DNA of 64,000 nucleotides from Squalus acanthias. Its lineage: Eukaryota. Position numbers and translations under genes: made by a program. This document shows positions 13,901 through 28,550 of the stretch, piece by piece. The stretch lies in contig CM059432.1 in NCBI GenBank assembly GCA_030390025.1, positions 29,514,001-29,578,000 on the forward strand, given 5' to 3'. Below the pieces are notes generated by a model. The model did no database searches and was not told the origin of the DNA. It saw only the letters and a list, made by a program, of their open reading frames with translations. Within the stretch, counting starts at the first letter, position 1; every line of letters begins with the position of its first letter.

Positions 13901-16900
13901 CTGCAGCTCTCTAATATAAGTGTAACACACTGCCAGCACTCTATTATCAGTGTAACACACTGCCAGCTCCCTATTATCCTCAGTGTAACACACTGTCAGC
14001 TCTCTATTATCCTCAGTGTAACACAGTGCCAGCTCTCTATTATTCTCAGTGTAACACACTGCCAGCTCTCTATTATCCAGTGTAACACACTGACAGCTCT
14101 CTATTATCCTCAGTGTAACACACTGCCAGCTCTCTTTTATCCTCAGTGTAACACACTGCCAGCTCTCTATTATACTCAGTGTAACACACTGCCAGCTCTC
14201 TATTATCCTCAATGTAACACACTGCCAGCTCTCCATTATCCTCAGTTTAACACACTGCCAGCTATCTATTATCCAGTGTAACACACTGCCAGCTCTCTAT
14301 TATCCTCAATGTAACACACTGCCAGCTCTCCATTATCCTCAGTGTAACACACTGCCAGCACTCTATTATCCAGTGTAACACACTGCCAGCTCTCTATTAT
14401 CCTCAGTGTAACACACTGGCTGCTCTCTATTATCCTCAGTGTAACACACTGCCAGCTCTCTATTATCCAGTGTAACACACTGCCAGCTCTCTATTATCCT
14501 CAGTGTAACACACCGCCAGCTGTCTATTATCCTGAGTGTAACACCCTGCCAGCTGTCTATTATCCTCAGTGTAATACACTGCCAGCTCTCTATTATCCAC
14601 AGTGCAACACCCTGCCAGCTCTCTATTATCCAGTGTAAAACACTGCCAGCTCTCTATTATCCTCAGTGCAACACACTGCCAGCTCTCTATTATCCTCAGT
14701 GTAACACACTGTCTGCTCTCTATTAACCTCAGTTTAACACACTGCCAGCTCTCTATTATCCTCAGTGTAACACACTGGCCTGCTCTCTATTATCCTCAGT
14801 GTAACACACTGCCAGCTCTCTATTATCCAGTGTAACACACTGCCAGCTCTCTATTATCCTCAGTGTAACACACCGCCAGCTGCTCTATTATCCTGAGTGT
14901 AACACCCTGCCAGCCTGTCTATTATCCTCAGTGTAATACACTGCCAGCTCTGTATTATCCACAGTGCAACACCCTGCCAGCTCTCTATTATCCAGTGTAA
15001 AACACTGCCAGCTCTCTATTATCCTCAGTGCAACACACTGCCAGCTCACTATTATCCTCAGTGTAACCACACTGTCTGCTCTCTATTAACCTCAGTTTAA
15101 CACACTGCCAGCTCTCTATTATCCTCAGTGTAACACACTTGCCAGCTCTTATTATCCTCAGTGTAACACACTGCCAGCTCTCTATTATCCTCAGTGTAAC
15201 ACACTGCCAGCTCTCTATTATCCTCAGTAAACACACTGCCAGCTCTCTATTATCTCAGTTTAACACACTGCCAGCTCTCTATTATCCTCAGTGAAACACA
15301 CTGCCAGCTCTCTATTATCCTCAGTGTAACACACTGCCAGTCCTCTATTCTCCTCAGTGTAACACACTGCCAGCTCTCTATTATCCTCAGTGTAACACAC
15401 TGCCAGCTCTCTATTATCCTCAGTGTAACACACTGCCAGCTCTCTATTATCCTCAGTGTAACACACTGCAGCTCTCTATTATCCTCAGTGTAACACACTG
15501 CCAGCCTCTGTTATCCACAGTGTAACACACTGCAAGCTCACTATTATCCAGTGTAACACACAGCCAGCTCTCTATTATCCTCAGTGTTACACACTGCCAG
15601 CTCTCTGTTATCCAGTGTAACAAACTGCCAGCTCTCTTATTATCCTCAGTGTAACACACTGCCAGCTCTCTATTATCCTCAGTGTAACACACTGCCAGCT
15701 CTCTATTATCCTCAGTGTAACACACTGCCAGCTCTCTATTATCCTCAGTATAACACACTGCCAGCTCTCTATTATCCAGTTTAACACACTGCCAGCTCTC
15801 TATTATCCTCAGTGAAACACACTGCCAGCTCTCTATTATCCTCAGTGTAACACACCGCCAGCTCTCTATTATCCTCAGTGTAACACACTGCCAGCTCTCT
15901 ATTATCCTCAGTGTAACACACCTGCCAGCTCTCTATTATCCTCAGTGAAACACACTGCCAGCTCTCTATTATCCTCAGTGTAACACCCTGTCAGCTCTCT
16001 ATTATCCTCAGTGTAACACACTGCCAGCCCTCTGTTATCCACAGTGTAACACACTGCCAGCTCTCTATTATCCAGTGTAACACACAGCCAGCTCTCTATT
16101 ATCCTCAGTGTAACACACTGCCAGCTCTCTGTTATCCAGTATAACACTACTGCCACTCTTATTATCCTCAGTGTAACACACTGCCAGCTCTCTATTATCC
16201 TCAGTGTAACACACTGCCAGCTCTCTATTATCCTCAGTGTAACACACTGCCAGCTCTCTATTATCCAGTGTAACACACTGCCAGCTCTCTAATATAAGTG
16301 TAACACACTGCCAGCACTCTATTATCCAGTGTAACACACTGCCAGCTCTCTATTATCCTCAGTGCAACACACTGTCAGCTCTCTATTATCCTCAGTGTAA
16401 CACAGCTGCCAGCTCTCTATTATCTCCGTGTAACACACTGCCAGCTCTCTATTATCCAGTGTAACACACTGTCAGCTCTCTATTATCCTCAGTGTAACAC
16501 ACTGCCAGCTCTCTTTTATCCAGTGTAACACACTGCCAGCTCTCTATTATCTCAGTGTAACACACTGCCAGCTCTCTATTATCCTCAGTGTAACACACTG
16601 CCAGCTCTCTCATTATCCTCAGTGTAACACACTGCCAGCTCTCTATTATCACAGTGTAACACACTGCCAGCTCTCTAATATCCACAATGTAACACACTGC
16701 CAGCTCTCCATATTCCTCAGTGTAACACACTGCCAGCCTCTATTATCTCAGTGTAACACACTGCCAGCTCTCTATTATCCTCAGTGTAACACACTGCAGC
16801 TCTCTATTATCCTCAGTGTAACACACTGCCAGCTCTCTATTATCCCGTGTAACACACTGCCAGCTCTCTATTATCCTCAGTGTAACACACTGCCAGCTCT

Positions 16901-19900
16901 CTATTATCCTCAGTGTAACACACTGCCAGCTCTCTATTATCCAGTGTAACACACTGCCAGCTCTCTATTATCCTCAGTGTAACACACTGCCAGCTCTCTA
17001 TTATCCTCAGTGTAACACACTGCCAGCTCTCTATTATCCCAGTGTAACACACTGCCAGCTCTCTATTATCCTCAGTGTAACACACTGCCAGCTCTCTATT
17101 ATCCTCAGTGTAACACACTGCCAGCTCTCTATTATCCTCAGTGTAAAACACTGTCAGCTCTCTATTATCCTCAGTGTAACACAAGCCAGCTCTCTATTAT
17201 CCTCAGTGTAACACACTGCCAGCTCTCTATTATCCAGTGTAACACACTGCCAGCTCTCTATTATCCTCAGTGTAACACACTGCCAGCTCTCTATTATCCT
17301 CAGTGTAACACACTGCCAGCTCTCTATTATCCTCAGTGTAACACACTGCCAGCTCTCTATTACCTCAAGTGTAACACACTGCCAGCTCTCCATTATCCTC
17401 AGTGTAACACACTGCCAGCTACTCTATTATCCAGTGTAACACACTGCCAGCTCTCTATTATCCTCAGTGTAACACAGCTGCCAGCTCTCTATTATCCTCA
17501 GTGTAACACACTGCCAGCTCTCTATTATCCAGTGTAACACACTGCCAGCTCTCTATTATCCTCAGTGTAACACACTGCCAGCTCTCTATTATCCTCAGTG
17601 TAACACACTGCCAGCTCTCTATTATCCTCAGTGTAACACACTGCCAGCTCTCTATTATCCTCAATGTAACACACTGCCAGCTCTCCATTATCCTCAGTTT
17701 AACACACTGCCAGCTCTCTATTATCCAGTGTAACACACTGCCAGCTCTCTATTATCCTCATGTAACACACCTGCCAGCTCTCAATTATCCTCAGTGTAAA
17801 CACACTGCCAGCACTCTATATCCTCAGTGTAACACACTGCCAGCTCTCTATTATCCTCAGTGTAACACACTGGCTCTGCTCTCTATTATCCTCAGTGTAA
17901 CACACTGCCAGCTCTCTATTATCCTCAGTGTAACACACTGCCAGCTCTCTATTATCCTCAGTGTAACACACGCCAGCTCTCTATTATCCTCAGTGTAACA
18001 CACTGCCAGCTCTCTATTATCCTCAGTGTAACACACTGCCAGCTCTCTATTATCCACAGTGTAACACACTGCCAGCTCTCTATTATCCTCAGTGTAACAC
18101 ACTGCCAGCTCTCTATTATCCTCAGTGTAACACACTGCCAGCTCTCTATTATCCTCAGTGTAACACACTGCCAGCTCTCTATTATCCTCAGTGTAACACA
18201 CTGCCAGCTCTCTATTATCCTCAGTGTAACACACTGCCAGCTCTCTATTATCCTCAGTGTAACACACTGCCAGCTCTCTATTATCCTCAGTGTAACACAC
18301 TGCCAGCTCCTCTATTATCCTCAGTGTAACACACTGCCAGCTCTCTATTATCCTCAGTGTAACACACTGCCAGCTCTCTATTATCCTCAGTGTAACACAC
18401 TGCCAGCTCTCTATTATCCCAGTGTAACACACTGCCAGCTCTCTATTATCCTCAGTGTAACACACTGCCAGCTCTCTGTTATCCTCAGTGTAACACACTG
18501 CCAGCTCACTATTATCCTCAGTGTAACACACAGCCAGCTCTCTATTATCCTCAGTGTAACACACTGCCAGCTCTCTATTATCCTCAGTGTAACACACTGC
18601 CAGCTCTCTATTATCTCAGTGTAACACACTGCCAGCTCTCTATTATCCTCAGTGTAACACACTGCCAGCTCTCTATTATCCTCAGTGTAACACACTGCCA
18701 GCTCTCTATTATCCAGTGTAACACACTGCCAGCTCTCTATTATCCTCAGTGTAACACACTGCCAGCTCTCTATTATCCTCAGTGTAACACACTGCCAGCT
18801 CTCTATTATCCTCAGTGTAACACACTGCCAGCTCTCTATTATCCTCAGTGTAACACACTGCCAGCTCTCTATTATCCTCAGTGTAACACACTGCCAGCTC
18901 TCTATTATCCAGTGTAACACACTGCCAGCTCTCTATTATCTCAGTGTAACACACTGCCAGCTCTCTATTATCCTCAGTGTAACACACTGCAGCTCTCTAT
19001 TATCCAGTGTAACACACTGCCAGCTCTCTATTATCCTCAGTGTAACACACTGCCAGCTCTCTATTATCCAGTGTAACACACTGCCAGCTCTCTATTATCT
19101 CAGTGTAACACACTGACAGCTCTCTATTATCCTCAGTGTAACACACTGCCAGCTCTCTATTATCCTCAGTGTAACACACTGCCAGCTCTCTATTATCCAG
19201 TGTAACACACTGCCAGCTCTCTATTATCCTCAGTGTAACACACTGCCAGCTCTCTATTATCCTCAGTGTAACACACTGCCAGCTCTCTATTATCCAGTGT
19301 AACACACTGCCAGCTCTCTATTATCCTCAGTGTAACACACAGCCAGCTCTCTATTATCCTCAGTGTAACACACTGCCAGCTCTCTATTATCCAGTGTAAC
19401 ACACTGCCAGCTCTCTATTATCCTCAGTGTAACACACTGCCAGCTCTCTATTATCCTCAGTGTAACACACTGCCAGCTCTCTATTATCCTCAGTGTAACA
19501 CACTGCCAGCTCTCTATTATCCTCAGTGTAACACACTGCAGCTCTCTATTATCCTCAGTGTAACACACTGCCAGCTCTCTATTATCCTCAGTGTAACACA
19601 CTGCCAGCTCTCTATTATCCTCAGTGTAACACACTGCCAGCTCTCTATTATCCTCAGTGTAACACACTGCCAGCTCTCTATTATCCAGTGTAACACACTG
19701 CCAGCTCTCTATTATCCTCAGTGTAACACACTGCCAGCTCTCTATTATCCTCAGTGTAACACACTGCCAGCTCTCTATTATCCTCAGTGTAACACACTGC
19801 CAGCTCTCTATTATCCTCAGTGTAACACAGCTGCCAGCTCTCTATTATCCTCAGTGTAACACACTGCCAGCTCTCTATTATCCAGTGTAACACACTGCCA

Positions 19901-22900
19901 GCTCTCTATTATCCTCAGTGTAACACACTGCCAGCTCTCTTTATCCTCAGTGTAACACACTGCCAGCTCTCTATTATCCTCAGTGTAACACACTGCCAGC
20001 TCTCTATTATCCTCAGTGTAACACACTGCCAGCTCTCCATTATCCTCAGTTTAACACACTGCCAGCTCTCTATTATCCAGATGTAACACACTGCCAGCTC
20101 TCTATTATCCTCAGTGTAACACACTGCCAGCTCTCCATTATCCTCAGTGTAACACACTGCCAGCACTCTATTACCTCAGTGTAACACACTGCCAGCTCTC
20201 TATTATCCTCAGTGTAACACACTGGCCAGCTCTCTATTATCCTCAGTGTAACACACTGCCAGCTCTCTATTATCCAGTGTAACACACTGCCAGCTCTCTA
20301 TTATCCTCAGTGTAACACACCGCCAGCTGCTCTATTATCCTGCAGTGTAACACACTGCCAGCTGCTCTATTATCCTCAGTGTAACACACTGCCAGCTCTC
20401 TATTATCCACAGTGTAACACACTGCCAGCTCTCTATTATCCAGTGTAACACACTGCCAGCTCTCTATTATCCTCAGTGTAACACACTGCCAGCTCTCTCT
20501 TATCCTCAGTGTAACACACTGTCTGCTCTCTATTAACCTCAGTTTAACACACTGCCAGCTCTCTATTATCCTCAGTGTAACACACTGGCTGCTCTCTATT
20601 ATCCTCAGTGTAACACACTGCCAGCTCTCTATTATCCAGTGTAACACACTGCCAGCTCTCTATTATCCTCAGTGTAACACACCGCAGCTGTCTATTATCC
20701 TGAGTGTAACACCCTGCCAGCTGTCTATTATCCTCAGTGTAATACACTGCCAGCTCTGTATTATCCACAGTGCAACACCCTGCCAGCTCTCTATTATCCT
20801 CAGTGTAAAACACTGCCAGCTCTCTATTATCCTCAGTGCAACACACTGCCAGCTCACTATTATCCTCAGTGTAACACACTGTCTGCTCTCTATTAACCTC
20901 AGTTTAACACACTGCCAGCTCTCTATTATCCTCAGTGTAACACATTGCCAGCTCATTATTATCCTCAGTGTAACACACTGCCAGCTCTCTATTATCCTCA
21001 GTGTAACACACTGCCAGCTCTCTATTATCCTCAGTATAACACACTGCCAGCTCTCTATTATCCAGTTTAACACACTGCCAGCTCTCTATTATCCTCAGTG
21101 AAACACACTGCCAGCTCTGTATTATCCTCAGTGTAACACACCGCCAGTCCTCTATTCTCCTCAGTGTAACACACTGCCAGCTCTCTATTATCCTCAGTGT
21201 AACACACTGCCAGCTCTCTATTATCCTCAGTGTAACACACTGCCAGCTCTCTATTATCCTCAGTGTAACACACTGTCAGCTCTCTATTATCCTCAGTGTA
21301 ACACACTGCCAGCCCTCTGTTATCCACAGTGTAACAAACTGCAAGCTCACTATTATCCAGTGTAACACACAGCCAGCTCTCTATTATCCTCAGTGTTACA
21401 CACTGCCAGCTCTCTGTTATCCAGTATAACATACTGCCACCTCTTTATTATCCTCAGTGTAACACACTGCCAGCTCTCTATTATACTCAGTGTAACACAC
21501 TGCCAGCTCTCTATTATCCTCAATGTAACACACTGCCAGCTCTCTATTATCCAGTGTAACACACTGCCAGCTCTCTAATATAAAGTGTAACACACTGCCA
21601 GCACTCTATTATCCAGTGTAACACACTGCCAGCTCCCTATTATCCTCAGTGTAACACACTGTCAGCTCTCTATTATCCTCAGTGTAACACAGTGCCAGCT
21701 CTCTATTATTCTCAGTGTAACACACTGCCAGCTCTCTATTATCCAGTGTAACACACTGACAGCTCTCTATTATCCTCAGTGTAACACACTGCCAGCTCTC
21801 TTTTATCCTCAGTGTAACACACTGCCAGCTCTCTATTATCCTCAGTGTAACACACTGCCAGCTCTCTATTATCCTCAGTGTAACACACTGCCAGCTCTCA
21901 TTATCCTCAGTGTAACACACTGCCAGCTCTCTATTATCCCAGTGTAACACACTGCCAGCTCTCTATTATCCTCAGTGTAACACACTGCCAGCTCTCCATT
22001 ATCCTCAGTGTAACACACTGCCAGCACTCTATTATCCTGTGTAACACACTGCCAGCTCTCTATTATCCTCAGTGTAACACACTGGCTGCTCTCTATTATC
22101 CTCAGTGTAACACACTGCCAGCTCTCTATTATCCAGAGTAACACACTGCCAGCTCTCTATTATCCTCAGTGTAACACACCGCCAGCTGTCTATTATCCTG
22201 AGTGTAACACCCTGCCAGCTGTCTATTATCCTCAGTGTAATACACTGCCAGCTCTCTATTATCCACAGTGCAACACCCTGCCAGCTCTCTATTATCCAGT
22301 GTAAAACACTGCCAGCTCTCTATTATCCTCAGTGCAACACACTGCCAGCTCTCTATTATCCTCAGTGTAACACACTGTCTGCTCTCTATTAACCTCAGTT
22401 TAACACACTGCCAGCTCTCTATTATCCTCAGTGTAACACACTGGCTGCTCTCTATTATCCTCAGTGTAACACACTGCCAGCTCTCTATTATCCTCAGTGT
22501 AACACACTGCCAGCTCTCTATTATCCTCAGTGTAACACACTGCCAGCTCTCTATTATCCTCAGTGTAACACACTGCCAGCTCTCTATTATCTCAGTGTAA
22601 CACACTGCCAGCTCTCTATTATCCTCAGTGTAACACACTGCCAGCTCTCTATTATCCTCAGTGTAACACACTGCCAGCTCTCTATTATCCTCAGTGTAAC
22701 ACACTGCCAGCTCTCTATTATCCTCAGTGTAACACACTGCCAGCTCTCTATTATCCTCAGTGTAACACACTGCCAGCTCTCTATTATCCTCAGTGTAACA
22801 CACTGCCAGCTCTCTATTATCCCAGTGTAACACACTGCCAGCTCTCTATTATCCTCAGTGTAACACACTGCCAGCTCTCTATTATCCTCAGTGTAACACA

Positions 22901-25900
22901 CTGCCAGCTCTCTATTATCCTCAGTGTAACACACTGCCAGCTCTCTATTATCCTCAGTGTAACACACTGCCAGCTCTCTATTATCCAGTGTAACACACTG
23001 CCAGCTCTCTATTATCCTCAGTGTAACACACTGCCAGCTCTCTTTTATCCTCAGTGTAACACACTGCAGCTCTCTATTATCACAGTGTAACACACTGCCA
23101 GCTCTCTATTATCTCAGTGTAACACACAGCCAGCTCTCTATTATCCTCAGTGTAACACACTGCAGCTCTCTATTATCCAGTGTAACACACTGCCAGCTCT
23201 CTATTATCCTCAGTGTAACACACTGCCAGCTCTCTATTATCCTCAGTGTAACACACTGCCAGCTCTCTATTATCCTCAGTGTACACACTGCCAGCTCTCT
23301 ATTATCCACAGTGTAACACACTGCCAGCTCTCTATTATCCAGTGTAACACACTGCCAGCTCTCTATTATCCAGTGTAACACACTGCCAGCTCTCTATTAT
23401 CCTCAGTGTAACACACTGCCAGCTCTCTATTATCCTCAGTGTAACACACTGCCAGCTCTCTATTATCTCAGTGTAAAACACTGCCAGCTCTCTATTATCC
23501 TCAGTGTAACACACTGCCAGCTCTCTATTATCCTCAGTGTAACACACTGCCAGCTCTCTATTATCCTCAGTGTAACACACTGCAGCTCTCTATTATCCTC
23601 AGTGTAACACACTGCCAGCTCTCTATTATCCAGTGTAACACACTGCCAGCTCTCTATTATCCTCAGTGTAACACACTGCCAGCTCTCTATTATCCTGCAG
23701 TGTAACACACTGCCAGCTCTCTATTATCCTCAGTGTAACACACTGCCAGCTCTGTATTATCCACAGTGTAACACACTGCCAGCTCTCTATTATCCAGTGT
23801 AACACACTGCCAGCTCTCTATTATCCTCAGTGAACACACTGCCAGCTCTCTATTATCCTCAGTGTAACACACTGTCAGCTCTCTATTATCCTCAGTGTAA
23901 CACACTGCCAGCTCTCTATTATCCTCAGTGTAACACACTGCCAGCTCATCTATTATCCTCAGTGTAACACACTGCCAGCTCTCTATTATCCTCAGTGTAA
24001 CACACTGCCAGCTCTCTATTATCCTCAGTGTAACACACTGCCAGCTCTCTATTATCCAGTGTAACACACTGCCAGCTCTCTATTATCCTCAGTGAAACAC
24101 ACTGCCAGCTCTCTATTATCCTCAGTGTAACACACTGCCAGCTCCTCTATTATCCTCAGTGTAACACACTGCCAGCTCTCTATTATCTCAGTGTAACACA
24201 CTGCCAGCTCTCTATTATCCTCAGTGTAACACACTGCCAGCTCTCTATTATCCTCAGTGTAACACACTGTCCAGCTCTCTATTATCCTCAGTGTAACACA
24301 CTGCCAGCCTCTGTTATCCACAGTGTAACACACTGCCAGCTCTCTATTATCCTCAGTGTAACACACTGCCAGCTCTCTATTATCCTCAGTGTAACACACT
24401 GCCAGCTCTCATTATCCTCAGTTTAACACACTGCCAGCTATCTATTATCCAGTGTAACACACTGCCAGCTCTCTATTATCCTCAATGTAACACACTGCCA
24501 GCTCTCCATTATCCTCAGTGTAACACACTGCCAGCACTCTATTATCCTGTGTAACACACTGCCAGCTCTCTATTATCCTCAGTGTAACACACTGGCTGCT
24601 CTCTATTATCCTCAGTGTAACACACTGCCAGCTCTCTATTATCCAGTGTAACACACTGCCAGCTCTCTATTATCCTCAGTGTAACACACCGCCAGCTGTC
24701 TATTATCCTGAGTGTAACACCCTGCCAGCTGTCTATTATCCTCAGTGTAATACACTGCCAGCTCTCTATTATCCACAGTGCAACACCCTGCCAGCTCTCT
24801 ATTATCCAGTGTAAAACACTGCCAGCTCTCTATTATCCTCAGTGCAACACACTGCCAGCTCTCTATTATCCTCAGTGTAACACACTGTCTGCTCTCTATT
24901 AACCTCAGTTTAACACACTGCCAGCTCTCTATTATCCTCAGTGTAACACACTGGCTGCTCTCTATTATCCTCAGTGTAACACACTGCCAGCTCTCTATTA
25001 TCCAGTGTAACACACTGCCAGCTCTCTATTATCCTCAGTGTAACACACCGCCAGCTGTCTATTATCCTGAGTGTAACACCCTGCCAGCTGTCTATTATCC
25101 TCAGTGTAATACACTGCCAGCTCTGTATTATCCACAGTGCAACACACTGCCAGCTCTCTATTATCCAGTGTAAAACACTGCCAGCTCTCTATTATCCTCA
25201 GTGCAACACACTGCCAGCTCACTATTATCCTCAGTGTAACACACTGTCTGCTCTCTATTAACCTCAGTTTAACACACTGCCAGCTCTCTATTATCCTCAG
25301 TGTAACACACTGCCAGCTCTCTATTATCCTCAGTGTAACACACTGCCAGCTCTCTATTATCCTCAGTGAAACACACTGCCAGCTCTCTATTATCCTCAGT
25401 GTAACACACTGCCAGCTCTCTATTATCCTCAGTGTAACACACTGCCAGCTCTCTATTATCCTCAGTGTAACACACTGCCAGCTCTCTATTATCCTCAGTG
25501 TAACACACTGCCAGCTCTCTATTATCCTCAGTGTAACACACTGCCAGCTCTCTATTATCCTCAGTGTAACACACTGCCAGCTCTCTATTATCCACAGTGT
25601 AACACACTGCCAGCTCTCTATTATCCTCAGTGTAACACACTGCCAGCTCTCTATTATCCTCAGTGTAACACACTGCCAGCTCTCTATTATCCAGTGTAAC
25701 ACACTGCCAGCTCTCTATTATCCTCAGTGTAACACACTGCCAGCTCTCTATTATCCTCAGTGTAACACACTGCCAGCTCTCTATTATCCTCAGTGTAACA
25801 CACTGCCAGCTCTCTATTATCCTCAGTGTAACACACTGCCAGCTCTCTATTATCCAGTGTAACACACTGCCAGCTCTCTATTATCCAGTGTAACACACTG

Positions 25901-28550
25901 CCAGCTCTCTATTATCCTCAGTGTAACACACTGCCAGCTCTCTATTATCCAGTGTAACACACTGCCAGCTCTCTATTATCCTCAGTGTAACACACTGCCA
26001 GCTCTCTATTATCCTCAGTGTAACACACTGCCAGCTCTCTATTATCCTCAGTGTAACACACTGCCAGCTCTCTATTATCCTCAGTGTAACACACTGCCAG
26101 CTCTCTATTATCCTCAGTGTAACACACTGCCAGCTCTCTATTATCCAGTGTAACACACTGCCAGCTCTCTATTATCCTCAGTGTAACACACTGCCAGCTC
26201 TCTATTATCCTCAGTGTAACACCCTGCCAGCTCTCTATTATCCTCAGTGTAACACACTGCCAGCTCTCTATTATCCACAGTGTAACACACTGCCAGCTCT
26301 CTATTATCCAGTGTAACACACTGCCAGCTCTCTATTATCCTCAGTGTAACACACTGCCAGCTCTCTATTATCCTCAGTGTAACACACTGCCAGCTCTCTA
26401 TTAACCTCAGTGTAACACACTGCCAGCTCTCTATTATCCTCAGTGTAACACACTGCCAGCTCATCTATTATCCTCAGTGTAACACACTGCCAGCTCTCTA
26501 TTATCCTCAGTGTAACACACTGCCAGCTCTCTATTATCCTCAGTGTAACACACTGCCAGCTCTCTATTATCCTCAGTTTAACACACTGCCAGCTCTCTAT
26601 TATCCTCAGTGTAACACACTGCCAGCTCTCTATTATCCTCAGTGTAACACACTGCCAGCTCTCTATTATCCTCAGTGTAACACACTGCCAGCTCTCTATT
26701 ATCCTCAGTGTAACACACCGCCAGCTCTCTATTATCCTCAGTGTAACACACTGCCAGCTCTCTATTATCCTCAGTGTAACACACTGCCAGCTCTCTATTA
26801 TCCTCAGTGTAACACCTGCCAGCTCTCTTTATCCACAGTGTAACACACTGCCAGCTCACTATTATCCAGTGTAACACACTGCCAGCTCTCTATTATCCTC
26901 AGTGTAACACACTGCCAGCTCTCTATTATCCTCAGTGTAACACACTGCCAGCTCTCTATTATCCTCAGTGTAACACACTGCCAGCTCTCTATTATCCTCA
27001 GTGTAACACACTGCCAGCTCTCTATTATCCTCAGTGTAACACACTGCCAGCTCTCTATTATCCCAGTGTAACACACTGCCAGCTCTCTATTATCCAGTGT
27101 AACACACTGCCAGCTCTCTATTATCCTCAGTGTAACACACTGCCAGCTCCCTATTATCCTCAGTGTAACACACTGTCAGCTCTCTATTATCCTCAGTGTA
27201 ACACAGTGCCAGCTCTCTATTATCCTCAGTGTAACACACTGCCAGCTCTCTATTATCCAGTGTAACACACTGCCAGCTCTCTATTATCCTCAGTGTAACA
27301 CACTGCCAGCTCTCTATTATCCTCAGTGTAACACACTGCCAGCTCTCTATTATCCTCAGTGTAACACACTGCCAGCTCTCTATTATCCTCAGTGTAACAC
27401 ACGTCCAGCTCTCTATTATCCTCAGTGTAACACACTGCCAGCTCTCTATTATCCTCAGTGTAACACACGCCAGCTCTCTATTATCCTCAGTGTAACACAC
27501 TGCCAGCTCTCTGTTATCCTCAGTGTAACACACTGCCAGCTCTCTATTATCCTCAATGTAACACACTGCCAGCTCTCTATTATCCTCAGTGTAACACACT
27601 GCCAGCTCTCTATTATCCAGTGTAACACACTGCCAGCTCTCTATTATCCTCAGTGTAACACACTGGCCTGCTCTCTATTATCCTCAGTGTAACACACTGC
27701 CAGCTCTCTATTATCCCAGTGTAACACACTGCCAGCTCTCTATTATCCTCAGTGTAACACACTGCCAGCTCTCTATTATCCTCAGTGTAACACACTGCCA
27801 GCTCTCTATTATCCTCAGTGTAACACACTGCCAGCTCTCTATTATCCACAGTGCAACACCCTGCCAGCTCTCTATTATCCAGTGTAACACACTGCCAGCT
27901 CTCTATTATCCTCAGTGTAACACACTGCCAGCTCTCTATTATCCTCAGTGTAACACACTGCAGCTCTCTATTATCCTCAGTTTAACACACTGCCAGCTCT
28001 CTATTATCCTCAGTGTAACACACTGCCAGCTCTCTATTATCCTCAGTGTAACACACTGCCAGCTCTCTATTATCCAGTGTAACACACTGCCAGCTCTCTA
28101 TTATCCTCAGTGTAACACACCGCCAGCTCTCTATTATCCTCAGTGTAACACACTGCCAGCTCTCTATTATCCTCAGTGTAACACACGCCAGCTCTCTATT
28201 ATCCTCAGTGTAACACACTGCCAGCTCTCTATTATCCTCAGTGTAACACACTGTCAGCTCTCTATTATCCTCAGTGTAACACACTGCCAGCTCTCTATTA
28301 TCCACAGTGTAACACACTGCCAGCTCACTATTATCCAGTGTAACACACAGCCAGCTCTCTATTATCCTCAGTGTAACACACTGCCAGCTCTCTATTATCC
28401 AGTGTAACACACTGCCAGCTCTCTATTATCCTCAGTGTAACACACTGCCAGCTCTCTATTATCCTCAGTGTAACACACTGCCAGCTCTCTATTATCCTCA
28501 GTGTCACACATCGCCAGCTCTCTATTATCCAGTGTAACACACTGCCAGCT
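10960..28550. repeat. Mixed domain: partial type A HOR copies alternating with indel-rich and consensus-like stretches
   Basis: Type A markers recur: AATATAAAG at 11223 and 21577, and CTGAG at 11845, 14532, 14893, 20700, 22198, 24708 and 25067. Between them are stretches with many scattered 1-bp indels, densest at ~12-20 kb. Confidence 0.75.

Noticed and set aside
14041..14760. Near-identity to 32041-32760 at an offset of exactly 18,000 bp
   Set aside because: This is one of many type A copy pairs, and other pairs have non-round offsets. The round number is most likely coincidence.
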